From NCBI GenBank assembly GCA_016930085.1, contig JAFGHO010000057.1, forward strand, positions 3,233-67,232: DNA of 64,000 nt, in the 5' to 3' direction. Position numbers and translations under genes: made by a program. The notes under the pieces were generated by a model that worked only from the letters and a program-made list of their open reading frames with translations, was not told the DNA's origin and made no database searches. Below, one piece after another: positions 1-9,171 of this stretch. This stretch comes from Spirochaetales bacterium. Lineage in GTDB: Bacteria > Spirochaetota > Spirochaetia > SZUA-6 > JAFGRV01. Numbering within the stretch: the first letter of the stretch is position 1; each line of letters opens with the position of its first letter.

Positions 1-251
1 TGCCCGGGCGGAACATGGGTGATTTCAACACCCGGAATGACGTTAATGGAAAGGTATGGATTTGTCTTCAGGCAGAAATTTTTAAGGGCTCCGATGACAT
101 GCTCGCAATTCGATGCGTCGACGTGATCGGTAATGGCGATACCGGTATATCCGGCGTGTACCGCCCGTTGTACGAGTTCCGCGGGGCTGAGTACCCCGTC
201 GCTGAAGAATGAATGGGTATGTAAATCGATAATGCCGATCGTCATTGATTG

Positions 252-3200
252 TTACTCCTTCCAGACCTTGATGACTTGCGGGTATTCAAGCAGTTTATCG
301 AAAAAATCTTTATCCGCTTTTACCTTGAGTTGCGGTCCCGCTTTTATGAACTCACTGCCGCCATTGGTCCGGCTGTCGGGGTGAATATAGAGGGTACAGG
401 ACCCCGAACTTTGCTCGCAAAGCCGGCAGAGCCGGTGCAGCAGTTCGGTATTGTAGACATTTCCGCTTAAAAGGATATGAACCGACGTGGCTTCCGGTTC
501 CGCGGGGGATTCCTGCTCGGGAAGTTCGCTGACATCATAAAAAGCCGCGACGATGAGTTTAGGTTCCCCCCTGCTGAGATCGATTTTGCCTTCGACGGCG
601 ATGACCCTGTCGTTTTCGAGCATCATCCGGTATTTTTCGAAAACATCGGAAAAAATTACCAGTTCGATCGATCCATTGAAGTCTTCGATCAGTCCGAATG
701 CCATTTTTTTTCCTGTTTTGGTGATTATTTCTTTCACATTTTTAAGAATGCCGATTACCGAATAGGTTTTATCCTTTGATGCGCCGTCCGCGGCATCGAG
801 GTTCAGGGTCGTATACCTTGAAATAATACGCCTGTATTTATCGAGCGGATGCCCGGAAAAAAAGAGTCCGAGAAACTGTTTTTCCCAGTCCAGGAGTTGT
901 TTCTGGGGATATTCCGGCTGTCGTTCTATCGCCACTTCTTCAAAGCCGTCTTCCTTGAGTCCGTCAAAGAGAGAAGCCTGGCCGTACATTTTCATTTCCT
1001 GTTTTTTATGTGCGCAATCGAGGAGTTTATCGAGATTACCGAACAGCGTGGCCCTGTTTTCCCCGAGATTGTCGAAAAGGCCGCAATAGATAAGGGTTTC
1101 CGTGACCTTCCGATTGACTACCTTCAGATCGACACGCTCGAGAAAATCGATAATATCGCTGTAATCTCCTCCGGCAGACCGTTCGTGCAGTATCACATCG
1201 ACGGCCGCCGTTCCCACATTCTTGACGCCCATGAGTCCGTAGATGATATGCCCGTCCAGAACGGTAAATGTTTTTTCGGAGAGATTGATGTCCGGTCTGA
1301 GGATATCGATTCCCATTTCGCGTGTTTCATGGATATATTCGGCGAGTTTATCCGGGTTGTTGATTTCATTGGTGAGGTTCGCCGCCATGAACTCGGCGGG
1401 GTAATTGGCCTTGAGGTACGCAGTCTGATAGGCGAGTACCGAATAGGCGGCGGCATGGGATTTGTTGAATCCGTAGCCGGCAAAAGGAATGAGAAGTTTG
1501 AAAATGTCATCCGCAACATGCTGAGTGTAGCCCTTCTCACGAGCCCCGGCCACAAATTTTTCCCGCATTTCCTCCATGACCTTTTCTTTTTTCTTTCCCA
1601 TTGCCCTGCGCAGTATATCCGCCTGACCCAACGAAAATCCCGCCACGATCCGCGCGATCTCCATAACCTGTTCCTGGTACACGATAACCCCGTATGTTTC
1701 CTTCAGAACCGGCTCCAGCTCGGGGAGGGGGTATGTAATTTTTCGGGGATTGAGTCTTGATTCGATATACTGGTCGATATGATCCATGGGACCGGGGCGG
1801 TAGAGGGCATTGAGAGCGATGAGGTCCTCGATTTTTTCCGGTCTTGCCTTTTTGAGAATGTTCTGCATACCCTGGCTTTCGAACTGAAAAATACAGGTAC
1901 TTTTCCCTTCGCCGAGGAGGGCAAAGGTATTTGTATCCTCAAGCGGGATTTCGGAACGGACCATATGAACCCCCCGTTTTTCAAGAAGCGAAAGGGTATG
2001 TTCGATGAGGGTAAGGGTTTTGAGTCCCAGAAAATCCATTTTGACAAGGCCGCATTCCTCGAGATACTCCATTGTGTATTGGGTGGAGATCGAACCGGTC
2101 CGGGGATCACGGTAGAGGGGGACATAGTCGGTGAGGTCGCTTTTTCCGATAACGATACCGGCCGCGTGGGTAGACGCGTGACGCCGCCGCCCCTCGAGTT
2201 TTTTGCTGATTTCAAGCAATTCCGAGTACTTTTCTCCGTTTTTTTCCAGATCCTTGAGTTGCTGTTCCATGGATATGGCCTTTTCAAGGGTAATTTTCGG
2301 GCCGCCAGGAACGAGTTTCGCGATTCTGTCCGCCTCGTCATACGGGAAATCCAGGACCCGGGCAACATCCCGGATGACCGCCTTCGGTTTGAGGGTCCCG
2401 AAGGTGATGATCTGGCCGACCCTCGCTTCCCCGTACTTCGTTGTCACATAATCGATGACCTCTCCGCGGCGTTCGTAGCAGAAGTCGATATCGAAATCAG
2501 GCATGGAAACCCTGTCGGGATTGAGAAAGCGTTCAAAGAGAAGCCCGTATTGCAGCGGATCGATATCGGTGATGTTGAGGGAATAAGCGACGATCGAACC
2601 GGCGCCTGAACCCCTTCCCGGTCCGACGGGGATACCGTTTTCTTTCGCAAAACGGATAAAATCCCAAACAATAAGAAAATAGCCGATAAAGTTCATGGAA
2701 TCGATAACGGTGATTTCATAATCGAATCGTTCTTTTATCTGTGGCGTGATCTCTCCGTATCGTCCGGCCAGCCCGCGGTAGGCGATTTCGGTGAAATAAC
2801 TCCGGAGCGTGTATCCGCCGGGTATGTGATAATCGGGAAGCCTGGGGCCGGGAAGGGAAATCGTGAGGTTGCACATCTCGGCAATTTTCAGCGTATTGGT
2901 CAAAGCGGCGGGATAGCTTCCGAAAAGAGCCTCCATTTCCTCAGGCGATTTGTAATAAAACTGATCGCTTTTGAACCTCATCCGGTCGCTTTCCGATAAT
3001 TTTTTGTTCGTACCGATGCAGATAAGTACATCCTGCGCCTTCGCATCGTCCCGTCTCATGTAATGGATATCGTTTGTTGCCACCACGGGAATATTCGTCC
3101 TGCGGGAAATATCTATCAATGCCATGTTGACGGTTTTTTGTTCCGGAATTCCGTGATCCTGTATTTCAAGATAAAAGCGGTCCCGGCCGAACATATCGGC

Positions 3201-3689
3201 GTAAAAAAGCGCCTTTTTTTCCGCGTCCTCATCGCGGCCCGCCAGAACGAGCGAGGGGATTTCTCCGGCAAGACATGCGGAAAGCGCGATAATGTCTCTA
3301 GAATGTTCTTTGAGGATATCATCATCGATTCTCGGCCTGTAATAAAAGCCCTCCACATAACCGGCGGAAGAAAGCTTGATCAGGTTTCTGTACCCCACCT
3401 CCGAGGAGGCAAGAAGAACGAGATGATTGTATTTCGGCTTGCCGTCTCCTGCCGTTTTTGAATGCCGTGAGTCCGGCGCGATATAGAACTCGCTCCCGAT
3501 AATCGGATTGATTTTGTTTTTTTTGCATTCCTTGTAAAACTGCACGGCGCCGAACATGTTCCCGTGATCGGTCAACGCGCAATGTTTGATATTAAGCGCC
3601 CTTGTCCGTTCGACAAGCTCCCCGATGGACGCCGCGCCGTCTAAAAGCGAGAAATCCGAATGGGTATGGAGATGGACGAAATCAGGCAT
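252..3689 (-). CDS. dnaE: DNA polymerase III alpha subunit (DnaE, PHP domain N-terminus)
   Basis: 1145 aa ORF. N-terminus MPDFVHLHTHSDFSLLDG is the PHP-domain histidine cluster. Length and internal motifs are typical of the C-family replicative polymerase. Confidence 0.95.
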   Translation of the reverse strand: MPDFVHLHTHSDFSLLDGAASIGELVERTRALNIKHCALTDHGNMFGAVQFYKECKKNKINPIIGSEFYIAPDSRHSKTAGDGKPKYNHLVLLASSEVGYRNLIKLSSAGYVEGFYYRPRIDDDILKEHSRDIIALSACLAGEIPSLVLAGRDEDAEKKALFYADMFGRDRFYLEIQDHGIPEQKTVNMALIDISRRTNIPVVATNDIHYMRRDDAKAQDVLICIGTNKKLSESDRMRFKSDQFYYKSPEEMEALFGSYPAALTNTLKIAEMCNLTISLPGPRLPDYHIPGGYTLRSYFTEIAYRGLAGRYGEITPQIKERFDYEITVIDSMNFIGYFLIVWDFIRFAKENGIPVGPGRGSGAGSIVAYSLNITDIDPLQYGLLFERFLNPDRVSMPDFDIDFCYERRGEVIDYVTTKYGEARVGQIITFGTLKPKAVIRDVARVLDFPYDEADRIAKLVPGGPKITLEKAISMEQQLKDLEKNGEKYSELLEISKKLEGRRRHASTHAAGIVIGKSDLTDYVPLYRDPRTGSISTQYTMEYLEECGLVKMDFLGLKTLTLIEHTLSLLEKRGVHMVRSEIPLEDTNTFALLGEGKSTCIFQFESQGMQNILKKARPEKIEDLIALNALYRPGPMDHIDQYIESRLNPRKITYPLPELEPVLKETYGVIVYQEQVMEIARIVAGFSLGQADILRRAMGKKKEKVMEEMREKFVAGAREKGYTQHVADDIFKLLIPFAGYGFNKSHAAAYSVLAYQTAYLKANYPAEFMAANLTNEINNPDKLAEYIHETREMGIDILRPDINLSEKTFTVLDGHIIYGLMGVKNVGTAAVDVILHERSAGGDYSDIIDFLERVDLKVVNRKVTETLIYCGLFDNLGENRATLFGNLDKLLDCAHKKQEMKMYGQASLFDGLKEDGFEEVAIERQPEYPQKQLLDWEKQFLGLFFSGHPLDKYRRIISRYTTLNLDAADGASKDKTYSVIGILKNVKEIITKTGKKMAFGLIEDFNGSIELVIFSDVFEKYRMMLENDRVIAVEGKIDLSRGEPKLIVAAFYDVSELPEQESPAEPEATSVHILLSGNVYNTELLHRLCRLCEQSSGSCTLYIHPDSRTNGGSEFIKAGPQLKVKADKDFFDKLLEYPQVIKVWKE

Positions 3690-3916
3690 GGAGATTCCTT
3701 TACCAGTTGTTTACTGAATATACAGCCGGACGTGAGTTTTGTAAAGGGGGTAGGCAGCATGCCGGCCGCAATACTTTTGCCGATAATAGGTAATGCCGTT
3801 ATGCCATGATAGAAAGCCACAAGACATATCATCCGATGCCGCCTTTGCGCGAGGTGGTGTCGTTCGGACGGTCACCCCCTTCCTTTTTTCTTTCGTATCG
3901 GCTACACTTGCCATAT
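3690..3916. promoter_or_regulatory. divergent promoter region between dnaE and the FAD-dehydrogenase gene
   Basis: 227-nt non-coding gap between divergently oriented genes. No motif assigned by eye. Confidence 0.3.
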
Positions 3917-5203
3917 ATGAAACACTACGATTGTATTATTGTCGGGACCGGACCGGCGGGAATGGGGGCCGCCTTTCATCTTCTCGAAAAAAAACCGGGT
4001 ATGACGATACTTCTGGTCGATAAGGAACGGCTTTGTTCCGGGGGTTTCCGAAACGATTGTAAAATGAACTTCACCTTTCCGGTCGGGTTCCCCGTGGAAC
4101 ACTGGCGGAAGGAAGAGGCGGAACGTTATATGGAGGAGTCCATCAGCTATCTTCGACCGGATATATTGGCAAAAAAAAATATCGATGTCTATAAATCACG
4201 GGCGGAAAAAATTGGAGTGACGCTGCTCGATATCAAACAGGCGCACATGGGCACGGACGGGGGGATAAAGCTCATCGGGCGGCTTATGAAAACACTTGAA
4301 TCAAAAGGGGCGGAGATTTCGCTCGGTGAAGAAATACTTTCGATCGATCCGAAGAAAAACGTTCTCAACAGTGCCCAAAGGGAACTCGCATCCGAATCCA
4401 TCATTATCGCGCCGGGAAGGAAGGGGTTCCGGTTCCTCCAGCGGGTGATGGATATCCTGTCGATTCCCTATGTCGACAATATCGTGGACATCGGCATACG
4501 GGTGGAAACACGCATCGAACATTATCCGATTGTTATTGACTACTACGACCCCAAGTTCATTTTCCCGGACAAGGTGAGAACCTTCTGCACAAACAGCAGG
4601 CGGGCATTTGTCGTTGCGGAGAGATATAAATCCCGCTCCGGCGAGCGCTATGTGAGTATCAACGGGCATGCCTATTCGGAAGAAAGGAAACCCAACGGAC
4701 TCGTCAATGTCGCGCTGCTCAATACGGTACGGCTTTCCGAACCGCTCGCAAGCGGCCAGGCGTTTGCCGAAATGCTCGGCCTGCAGGTCATGCTGATGGG
4801 CGGGGGTAAACCGATTATGCAGCGGGTCGGGGATTTCCGGCTCGGCAGGCGTTCGAAGATCGAAAGCTTCAATGAGGATCTGTATGATTTCAGGCCGTCC
4901 CTCCCCGATTGCACGCCGGGTGATATCAGCCTTTCCGTTCCCGCAAAAATACTGCGGGCGATCTGGAAGTCGATGAAACTTCTTGACACGATTGTACCGG
5001 GGATTCTGCATCCGGGAACGATCATGTATTATCCGGAGATAAAACTTTACGCAAACAGGCCGCGGTATATGGACGATTCATTCCAGGTGAAAGAGGGTAT
5101 TTACCTGGTCGGTGACGGTGCGGGCACAAGCAGGGGGATAACGGCGGCGTGGGCGAGCGGCGCGCGTGCCGCGGAGTCTATTATACGTAAAAACACCGGG
5201 TGA
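3917..5203 (+). CDS. uncharacterised FAD-dependent dehydrogenase (COG2509-like)
   Basis: Rossmann FAD motif DCIIVGTGPAGMGAAFHL lies right after the internal Met (ATG at 3917). A second dinucleotide-binding stretch GIYLVGDGAG is near the C-terminus. The upstream in-frame extension has no features. Confidence 0.7.
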   Translation: MKHYDCIIVGTGPAGMGAAFHLLEKKPGMTILLVDKERLCSGGFRNDCKMNFTFPVGFPVEHWRKEEAERYMEESISYLRPDILAKKNIDVYKSRAEKIGVTLLDIKQAHMGTDGGIKLIGRLMKTLESKGAEISLGEEILSIDPKKNVLNSAQRELASESIIIAPGRKGFRFLQRVMDILSIPYVDNIVDIGIRVETRIEHYPIVIDYYDPKFIFPDKVRTFCTNSRRAFVVAERYKSRSGERYVSINGHAYSEERKPNGLVNVALLNTVRLSEPLASGQAFAEMLGLQVMLMGGGKPIMQRVGDFRLGRRSKIESFNEDLYDFRPSLPDCTPGDISLSVPAKILRAIWKSMKLLDTIVPGILHPGTIMYYPEIKLYANRPRYMDDSFQVKEGIYLVGDGAGTSRGITAAWASGARAAESIIRKNTG

Positions 5204-5242
5204 TCCGGATGTGGGAGGTGATGTTCGGGATATCCGGTACCG

Positions 5243-5845
5243 CTACAGGGGCAGGAGGTTGAAAAACACGAGGGGCATACTGACGGCCGTAAGGAAATAC
5301 GTCATCCCTTTCTCGATAATACCGGTGTACAATAAACCAAGCAGCATTATCATCCATACGAAGGACATCCGGCGCGATATAACCGGCCGCAACCACGGGA
5401 TGAGACACGGCCAGATTTTGCTCCCGTCAAGGGGAGGGATGGGGATGAGGTTGATCAGGGCCAACATCGCGTTGATATAATAGAAAAACAATAATGCTTC
5501 CATGACCGCGGCGTTGCCGCGAAAAATGAACATAAAAAGGACGGCACAGCAGCAGAGAAGAAGATTGGCCGCGGGCCCCGCAAGCGAGGTAAGCAAATAA
5601 TGAACCCTGGGTTTTTTAAAATTAAAGATATTGACTTCGACGGGCCTCCCCCATCCGAAATGCAGAATGAAAAGCGCGAGTGTTCCCAAAGGCGATAGGT
5701 GGCGAAGCGGATTGAGACTGATGCGTCCCATCCGCTGAGGATTCGCGTCACCGAGCAATTGCGCGCTGAACGCGTGTGATGCTTCGTGAAAGGTCAGTCC
5801 GATCACAAGTCCCGGCAGTAATCGTAATGCTAATGAAATATCCAT
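5243..5845 (-). CDS. site-2 protease family (M50) zinc metalloprotease, short membrane form
   Basis: HEXXH motif HEASHA in a predicted TM helix. Downstream NLIPIPPLDGSKI matches the S2P LDG motif. Polytopic hydrophobic protein of 200 aa. Confidence 0.75.
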   Translation of the reverse strand: MDISLALRLLPGLVIGLTFHEASHAFSAQLLGDANPQRMGRISLNPLRHLSPLGTLALFILHFGWGRPVEVNIFNFKKPRVHYLLTSLAGPAANLLLCCCAVLFMFIFRGNAAVMEALLFFYYINAMLALINLIPIPPLDGSKIWPCLIPWLRPVISRRMSFVWMIMLLGLLYTGIIEKGMTYFLTAVSMPLVFFNLLPL

Positions 5846-5913
5846 AATTCCTTCCTGCTTACGTTATACATTTTTCAACGATTTCAGGCAATACCCCTCC
5901 TGAAACGCGGTTT

Positions 5914-6720
5914 CTATGGTAGGCTAACGGTAAAACCGTTACCGGCAGCGATGAACCGTCGAACGGAAGGGGGGACAAGCGTATAGTCGAAGCCTGCCTG
6001 TAGCGCGTGTTTCAATGCGGATCTCGATTGTTCTTCACGGCCGCAATAAAAATATCCCAATCCCAAATAATAACTCAATCGAGGCTCATTTACCTGTTTT
6101 TTCAATAGATTAAATTCTTTTTCCGCATCTTCGGTCTTTTCATTTTTCATGTGACACATCCAGTGAAGCCAGTGTGCGAGTGGGTAATCCATGATGTCGA
6201 GTATATATGAAGCGATCTCTTCCGGCGTCTTCCAGTCATTTTGGTGAATGGCATATTCGGCTTTTTCGCAAAGAGCGGTCAGGGTATATGACGTGGGAAG
6301 GTCGTTGCGGGAAAGCATCTCTTCGATAATAGCGCCTCGTTCAGGTCGTTCCTCAAGCGATGCAATGACGAGTTTGAGGAGAAGGAGCATCTGGGGGTTG
6401 ACCGTCTCTGTATTTTCCGCTTTTTTTATCCATGCCTCAGCCCCGTCTAAGCTTCTTTTTATCCGAATATTGAGAAATCCCATACACGAGGCGATCGCGG
6501 AATCTTTCTGCCGCTCGAGCAGCGCTTCGGCCATCGATGAGGCCTCCTCGATTCCTTTCTCGAGCGCATACATCTGAAGATACCGGCACGCGTCGTCGAT
6601 GTTCCCGCCGATATTCCATTTCCACCGGTAAAGCTCCAAATTTTTGAAGATCTTGAGGTAGCGGTTGAGGAAAATCAGGCACGATACGGGAAGTACCAGC
6701 AGTTCTCTGATAAAATTCAT
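5914..6720 (-). CDS. hypothetical protein, helical/TPR-like
   Basis: 268 aa ORF in tight tandem (29 nt gap) with the upstream gene. N-terminal hydrophobic segment. No recognisable catalytic motif. Confidence 0.4.
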   Translation of the reverse strand: MNFIRELLVLPVSCLIFLNRYLKIFKNLELYRWKWNIGGNIDDACRYLQMYALEKGIEEASSMAEALLERQKDSAIASCMGFLNIRIKRSLDGAEAWIKKAENTETVNPQMLLLLKLVIASLEERPERGAIIEEMLSRNDLPTSYTLTALCEKAEYAIHQNDWKTPEEIASYILDIMDYPLAHWLHWMCHMKNEKTEDAEKEFNLLKKQVNEPRLSYYLGLGYFYCGREEQSRSALKHALQAGFDYTLVPPSVRRFIAAGNGFTVSLP

Positions 6721-6749
6721 CGTTCTCCTTCATTCAGGGATTGTCGAAT

Positions 6750-8069
6750 TTAATGTGAAAGGACTATCTGCTCCATGACGGTGTCCTGGAGCTGTTCATG
6801 AAATCTTATTCCAGCTCTGCCGCGATGCTGCCAGCGTACTTCCCCGTAGATGCCATTCACCAGGGGCCGGTGATACCGTTTGAGGGTGATTTTTATTTTA
6901 TCTCCGCAGGTGGGGTTGTTGTTGTCGTCATGGGTGATACAGATTCCCTTCGAACAGATGTTGACGACATTGAAACCCTTGTCGTCATTTGAAAAGAATC
7001 TGCCGTCGATTTCGTAATCGGCCTTTATCATTTCTTCGAAACGGATATTTTTCTGTTCGTAGCGGTCCGCGCTGCGATGATTGAGATAAATATAATTGAT
7101 AATCTTTCTGAGGATGTCGGAGGTCGAATTCCTGTCAGGATTCGGATCGAAACAGGTAATACCCAGTGCGTTGGCGACATGGAACAGATGTGAATCCGAG
7201 GACACGATCAATACGTCGTGATTATTGGTCGGCATATTCGCAAAGCGGGCCTTGAGTTCTTTTTCGAAGGGCTCGATCTCATTGAGGATTCTCCCGATAA
7301 GGATACGGTCAAAAAGATCGCGGACCTGTTTGTCGAGCTGGCGATAAAGCGAGTCGTTGAATCCTTTGTACAACTCGTCAAGTTCGAGAAGGAACTTCTC
7401 CTCGACCATTTCGGGAATATTTTCTCTGAGTTGGTCGAGAAAGAGTCTGGTCAATTTTTCACTCGATATTTTTTTCAGGACATCGTCAAAAAAATGGGCC
7501 AATGAGAGACCGCATTGTGATTTGAGTTCATTATCGAAACCCTTTTTCTGCGCGTCGAGTTTCATATATTCTTCTTTCACCGTGTAGTCGAAGAACGTAT
7601 TGAACTCCTCCCGTTTGATGTCAAGATAACGGGGATCATCGAAAATCCGACCCCGCTCGATCTGTTCCTTCAGGCTGAGGGCGGTGGCGATGACATTCAT
7701 ATCAGATATGTCGATCGGTTCTTTCTTGATCTTTCCCTGCAGGGGTATTTTAAAGGATTTTTCGTATATGGTGCTTGATTTATCAAAATTTTGTTCGTCA
7801 TAAATATGAATATGGGCGTTGCCGATCGTAATCGTATCCTTTTTCGTAAACTCCTTGACGAGCTGGTTTCTTTCGGAAAAAGAAATTTTCTTGAGGAGGA
7901 ATTGATTGAACAGTTGCTGGATGATCTGGCACCGGCATGTATCCGGCAGATACAGGGTGACCATCTGTTTGTTGAAGAAGATATATCTATCGAGGAGAAG
8001 ATGGATTGCAGAACTGGGAGGCTGAATCCAGTAAAATACAGCAGTCGTATCCAATATACATGCTATCAT
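6750..8069 (-). CDS. hypothetical protein with PIN-like N-terminus and PilZ-like C-terminal domain
   Basis: N-terminus MIACILDTTAVFYWI resembles the first PIN strand with its conserved Asp. DVLIVSSDSHLFHVANALGITCFD resembles the C-terminal PIN motif. The C-terminal roughly 100 aa (RSADRYEQ...NICSKGICI...GEVRWQ) fits the PilZ RxxxR / D-x-S-x-G-G pattern. Motif-level calls only. Confidence 0.45.
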   Translation of the reverse strand: MIACILDTTAVFYWIQPPSSAIHLLLDRYIFFNKQMVTLYLPDTCRCQIIQQLFNQFLLKKISFSERNQLVKEFTKKDTITIGNAHIHIYDEQNFDKSSTIYEKSFKIPLQGKIKKEPIDISDMNVIATALSLKEQIERGRIFDDPRYLDIKREEFNTFFDYTVKEEYMKLDAQKKGFDNELKSQCGLSLAHFFDDVLKKISSEKLTRLFLDQLRENIPEMVEEKFLLELDELYKGFNDSLYRQLDKQVRDLFDRILIGRILNEIEPFEKELKARFANMPTNNHDVLIVSSDSHLFHVANALGITCFDPNPDRNSTSDILRKIINYIYLNHRSADRYEQKNIRFEEMIKADYEIDGRFFSNDDKGFNVVNICSKGICITHDDNNNPTCGDKIKITLKRYHRPLVNGIYGEVRWQHRGRAGIRFHEQLQDTVMEQIVLSH

Positions 8070-8082
8070 TAAAAAACCTGGA

Positions 8083-8313
8083 CTAATACTTGCGCTTCAG
8101 GAACGTATCAACAAGTGAAACCTTGATTTTGCTGGTAATACTGCGGATTTCTTCGATAGTCATATGCTGATGCACTGTCTGATCATCGTTTAAATCACCT
8201 GATGTATCCTGCAAGAGCTCCACTCCTTTTGTATCGTTCATTCCTTTTCCGACTCCTTTAGTTTTGTTTTTCATAGAAACGGAATACTTTACAAAAATTT
8301 TTCTCATAGGCAT
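8083..8313 (-). CDS. small hypothetical protein (76 aa)
   Basis: First gene of a tightly packed four-gene minus-strand run. Its stop lies 13 nt before the next start. No recognisable domain. Confidence 0.35.
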   Translation of the reverse strand: MPMRKIFVKYSVSMKNKTKGVGKGMNDTKGVELLQDTSGDLNDDQTVHQHMTIEEIRSITSKIKVSLVDTFLKRKY

Positions 8314-8609
8314 TACTCTTTACATTAATTTACCTTGTAAAGCCCGGCCACATTAATCCGTGCCCCGGCTGTTAAACCCATTCGTACGGGGCGGTTCGCT
8401 CCCCGCCCCGAAGAACCGTAGTGTATCAGATGAAAACCGATATGTAAAGCGGCAAATACTTTTTTTTTTACACATCAGGAAAAAACCCAAACAAAGTTTC
8501 ACTATTCAGTAACCTTGACAACGGGTATCGATATTTTGTATATAGAGACAGTATTGAAAGGCTTCGGAGAATACGGTTCGGTAAATCCAGTCATAAAGCG
8601 GGAAAATAT

Positions 8610-9149
8610 ATGAGAATAGGCAAAAACAATCTGATAAAACTGCTCGTCATCGTTATAACGATATCGCTGAACATCGGGTGTGATCAGGTGACAAAAGGCC
8701 TGGCAAGGGAATATCTGATTGAAAAGGGGACGATCAACATTATCGGTAATGTCTTTATTCTTCTCTATGCGGAAAATACCGGCGCCTTTCTGGGTATGGG
8801 ATCCGACCTCCCCGAACCCTATAAATTCATCTTTCTCAGTCTCATTCCGACGCTTTGTCTGATTGGTTTTTTTATTTACATCGGCATAAAAAAGGAATTA
8901 TCGATATTTCAGATCGTCTGTCTGTCGAGCGTTGTCGGCGGCGGAATCGGTAATATTTATGACAGGCTGACGAATAACGGGGTGGTGATCGATTTCATGA
9001 ATTTCGGTATCGACGGCCTGCGTACAGGTATCCTGAATTTTGCCGATCTCTCGTTGACATTCGGTGCGGTTTTGTTTTTTATTTCCCTCTATACATCGAA
9101 GACGGGAAAACCCGATATCGAAACACCGATAAACGGACCGCCCGGATAA
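8610..9149 (+). CDS. lspA: lipoprotein signal peptidase II
   Basis: Conserved LspA blocks are present: CDQVTKGLA, NTGAFLGMG, GGGIGNIYDRL, VIDFMNFG and NFADLSLTFG. Four predicted TM helices. Confidence 0.9.
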   Translation: MRIGKNNLIKLLVIVITISLNIGCDQVTKGLAREYLIEKGTINIIGNVFILLYAENTGAFLGMGSDLPEPYKFIFLSLIPTLCLIGFFIYIGIKKELSIFQIVCLSSVVGGGIGNIYDRLTNNGVVIDFMNFGIDGLRTGILNFADLSLTFGAVLFFISLYTSKTGKPDIETPINGPPG

Positions 9150-9161
9150 TCGGGCCGGTCC
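9135..9161. terminator. GC-rich hairpin spanning the lspA stop codon between convergent genes (possible bidirectional terminator)
   Basis: GGACCGCCCG ... CGGGCCGGTCC imperfect inverted repeat with loop GATAAT. No clean T-run on either side. Confidence 0.25.
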
Positions 9162-9171
9162 CTTTCCGAAG

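Noticed and set aside
15-212. 65-aa plus-strand ORF at the window start
   Set aside because: It is short and has no motif. It lies in the region just downstream of dnaE (on the minus strand), where the end of a neighbouring minus-strand gene beyond the window is as likely. It cannot be supported.
849-2609. Long plus-strand ORFs (303 aa and 276 aa) inside the dnaE region
   Set aside because: They are antisense to an unambiguous, full-length DnaE coding sequence and have no recognisable motifs. They are shadow ORFs of a GC-balanced coding region.
8340-8430. Possible tRNA in the GC-rich block upstream of lspA (GGTTCG segment)
   Set aside because: The GGTTCG is not in a canonical 7-nt T-loop flanked by a 5-bp stem. 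No D-arm (TAGCTCAGTTGG-like) or anticodon stem could be placed. The element is reported only as generic hairpins.
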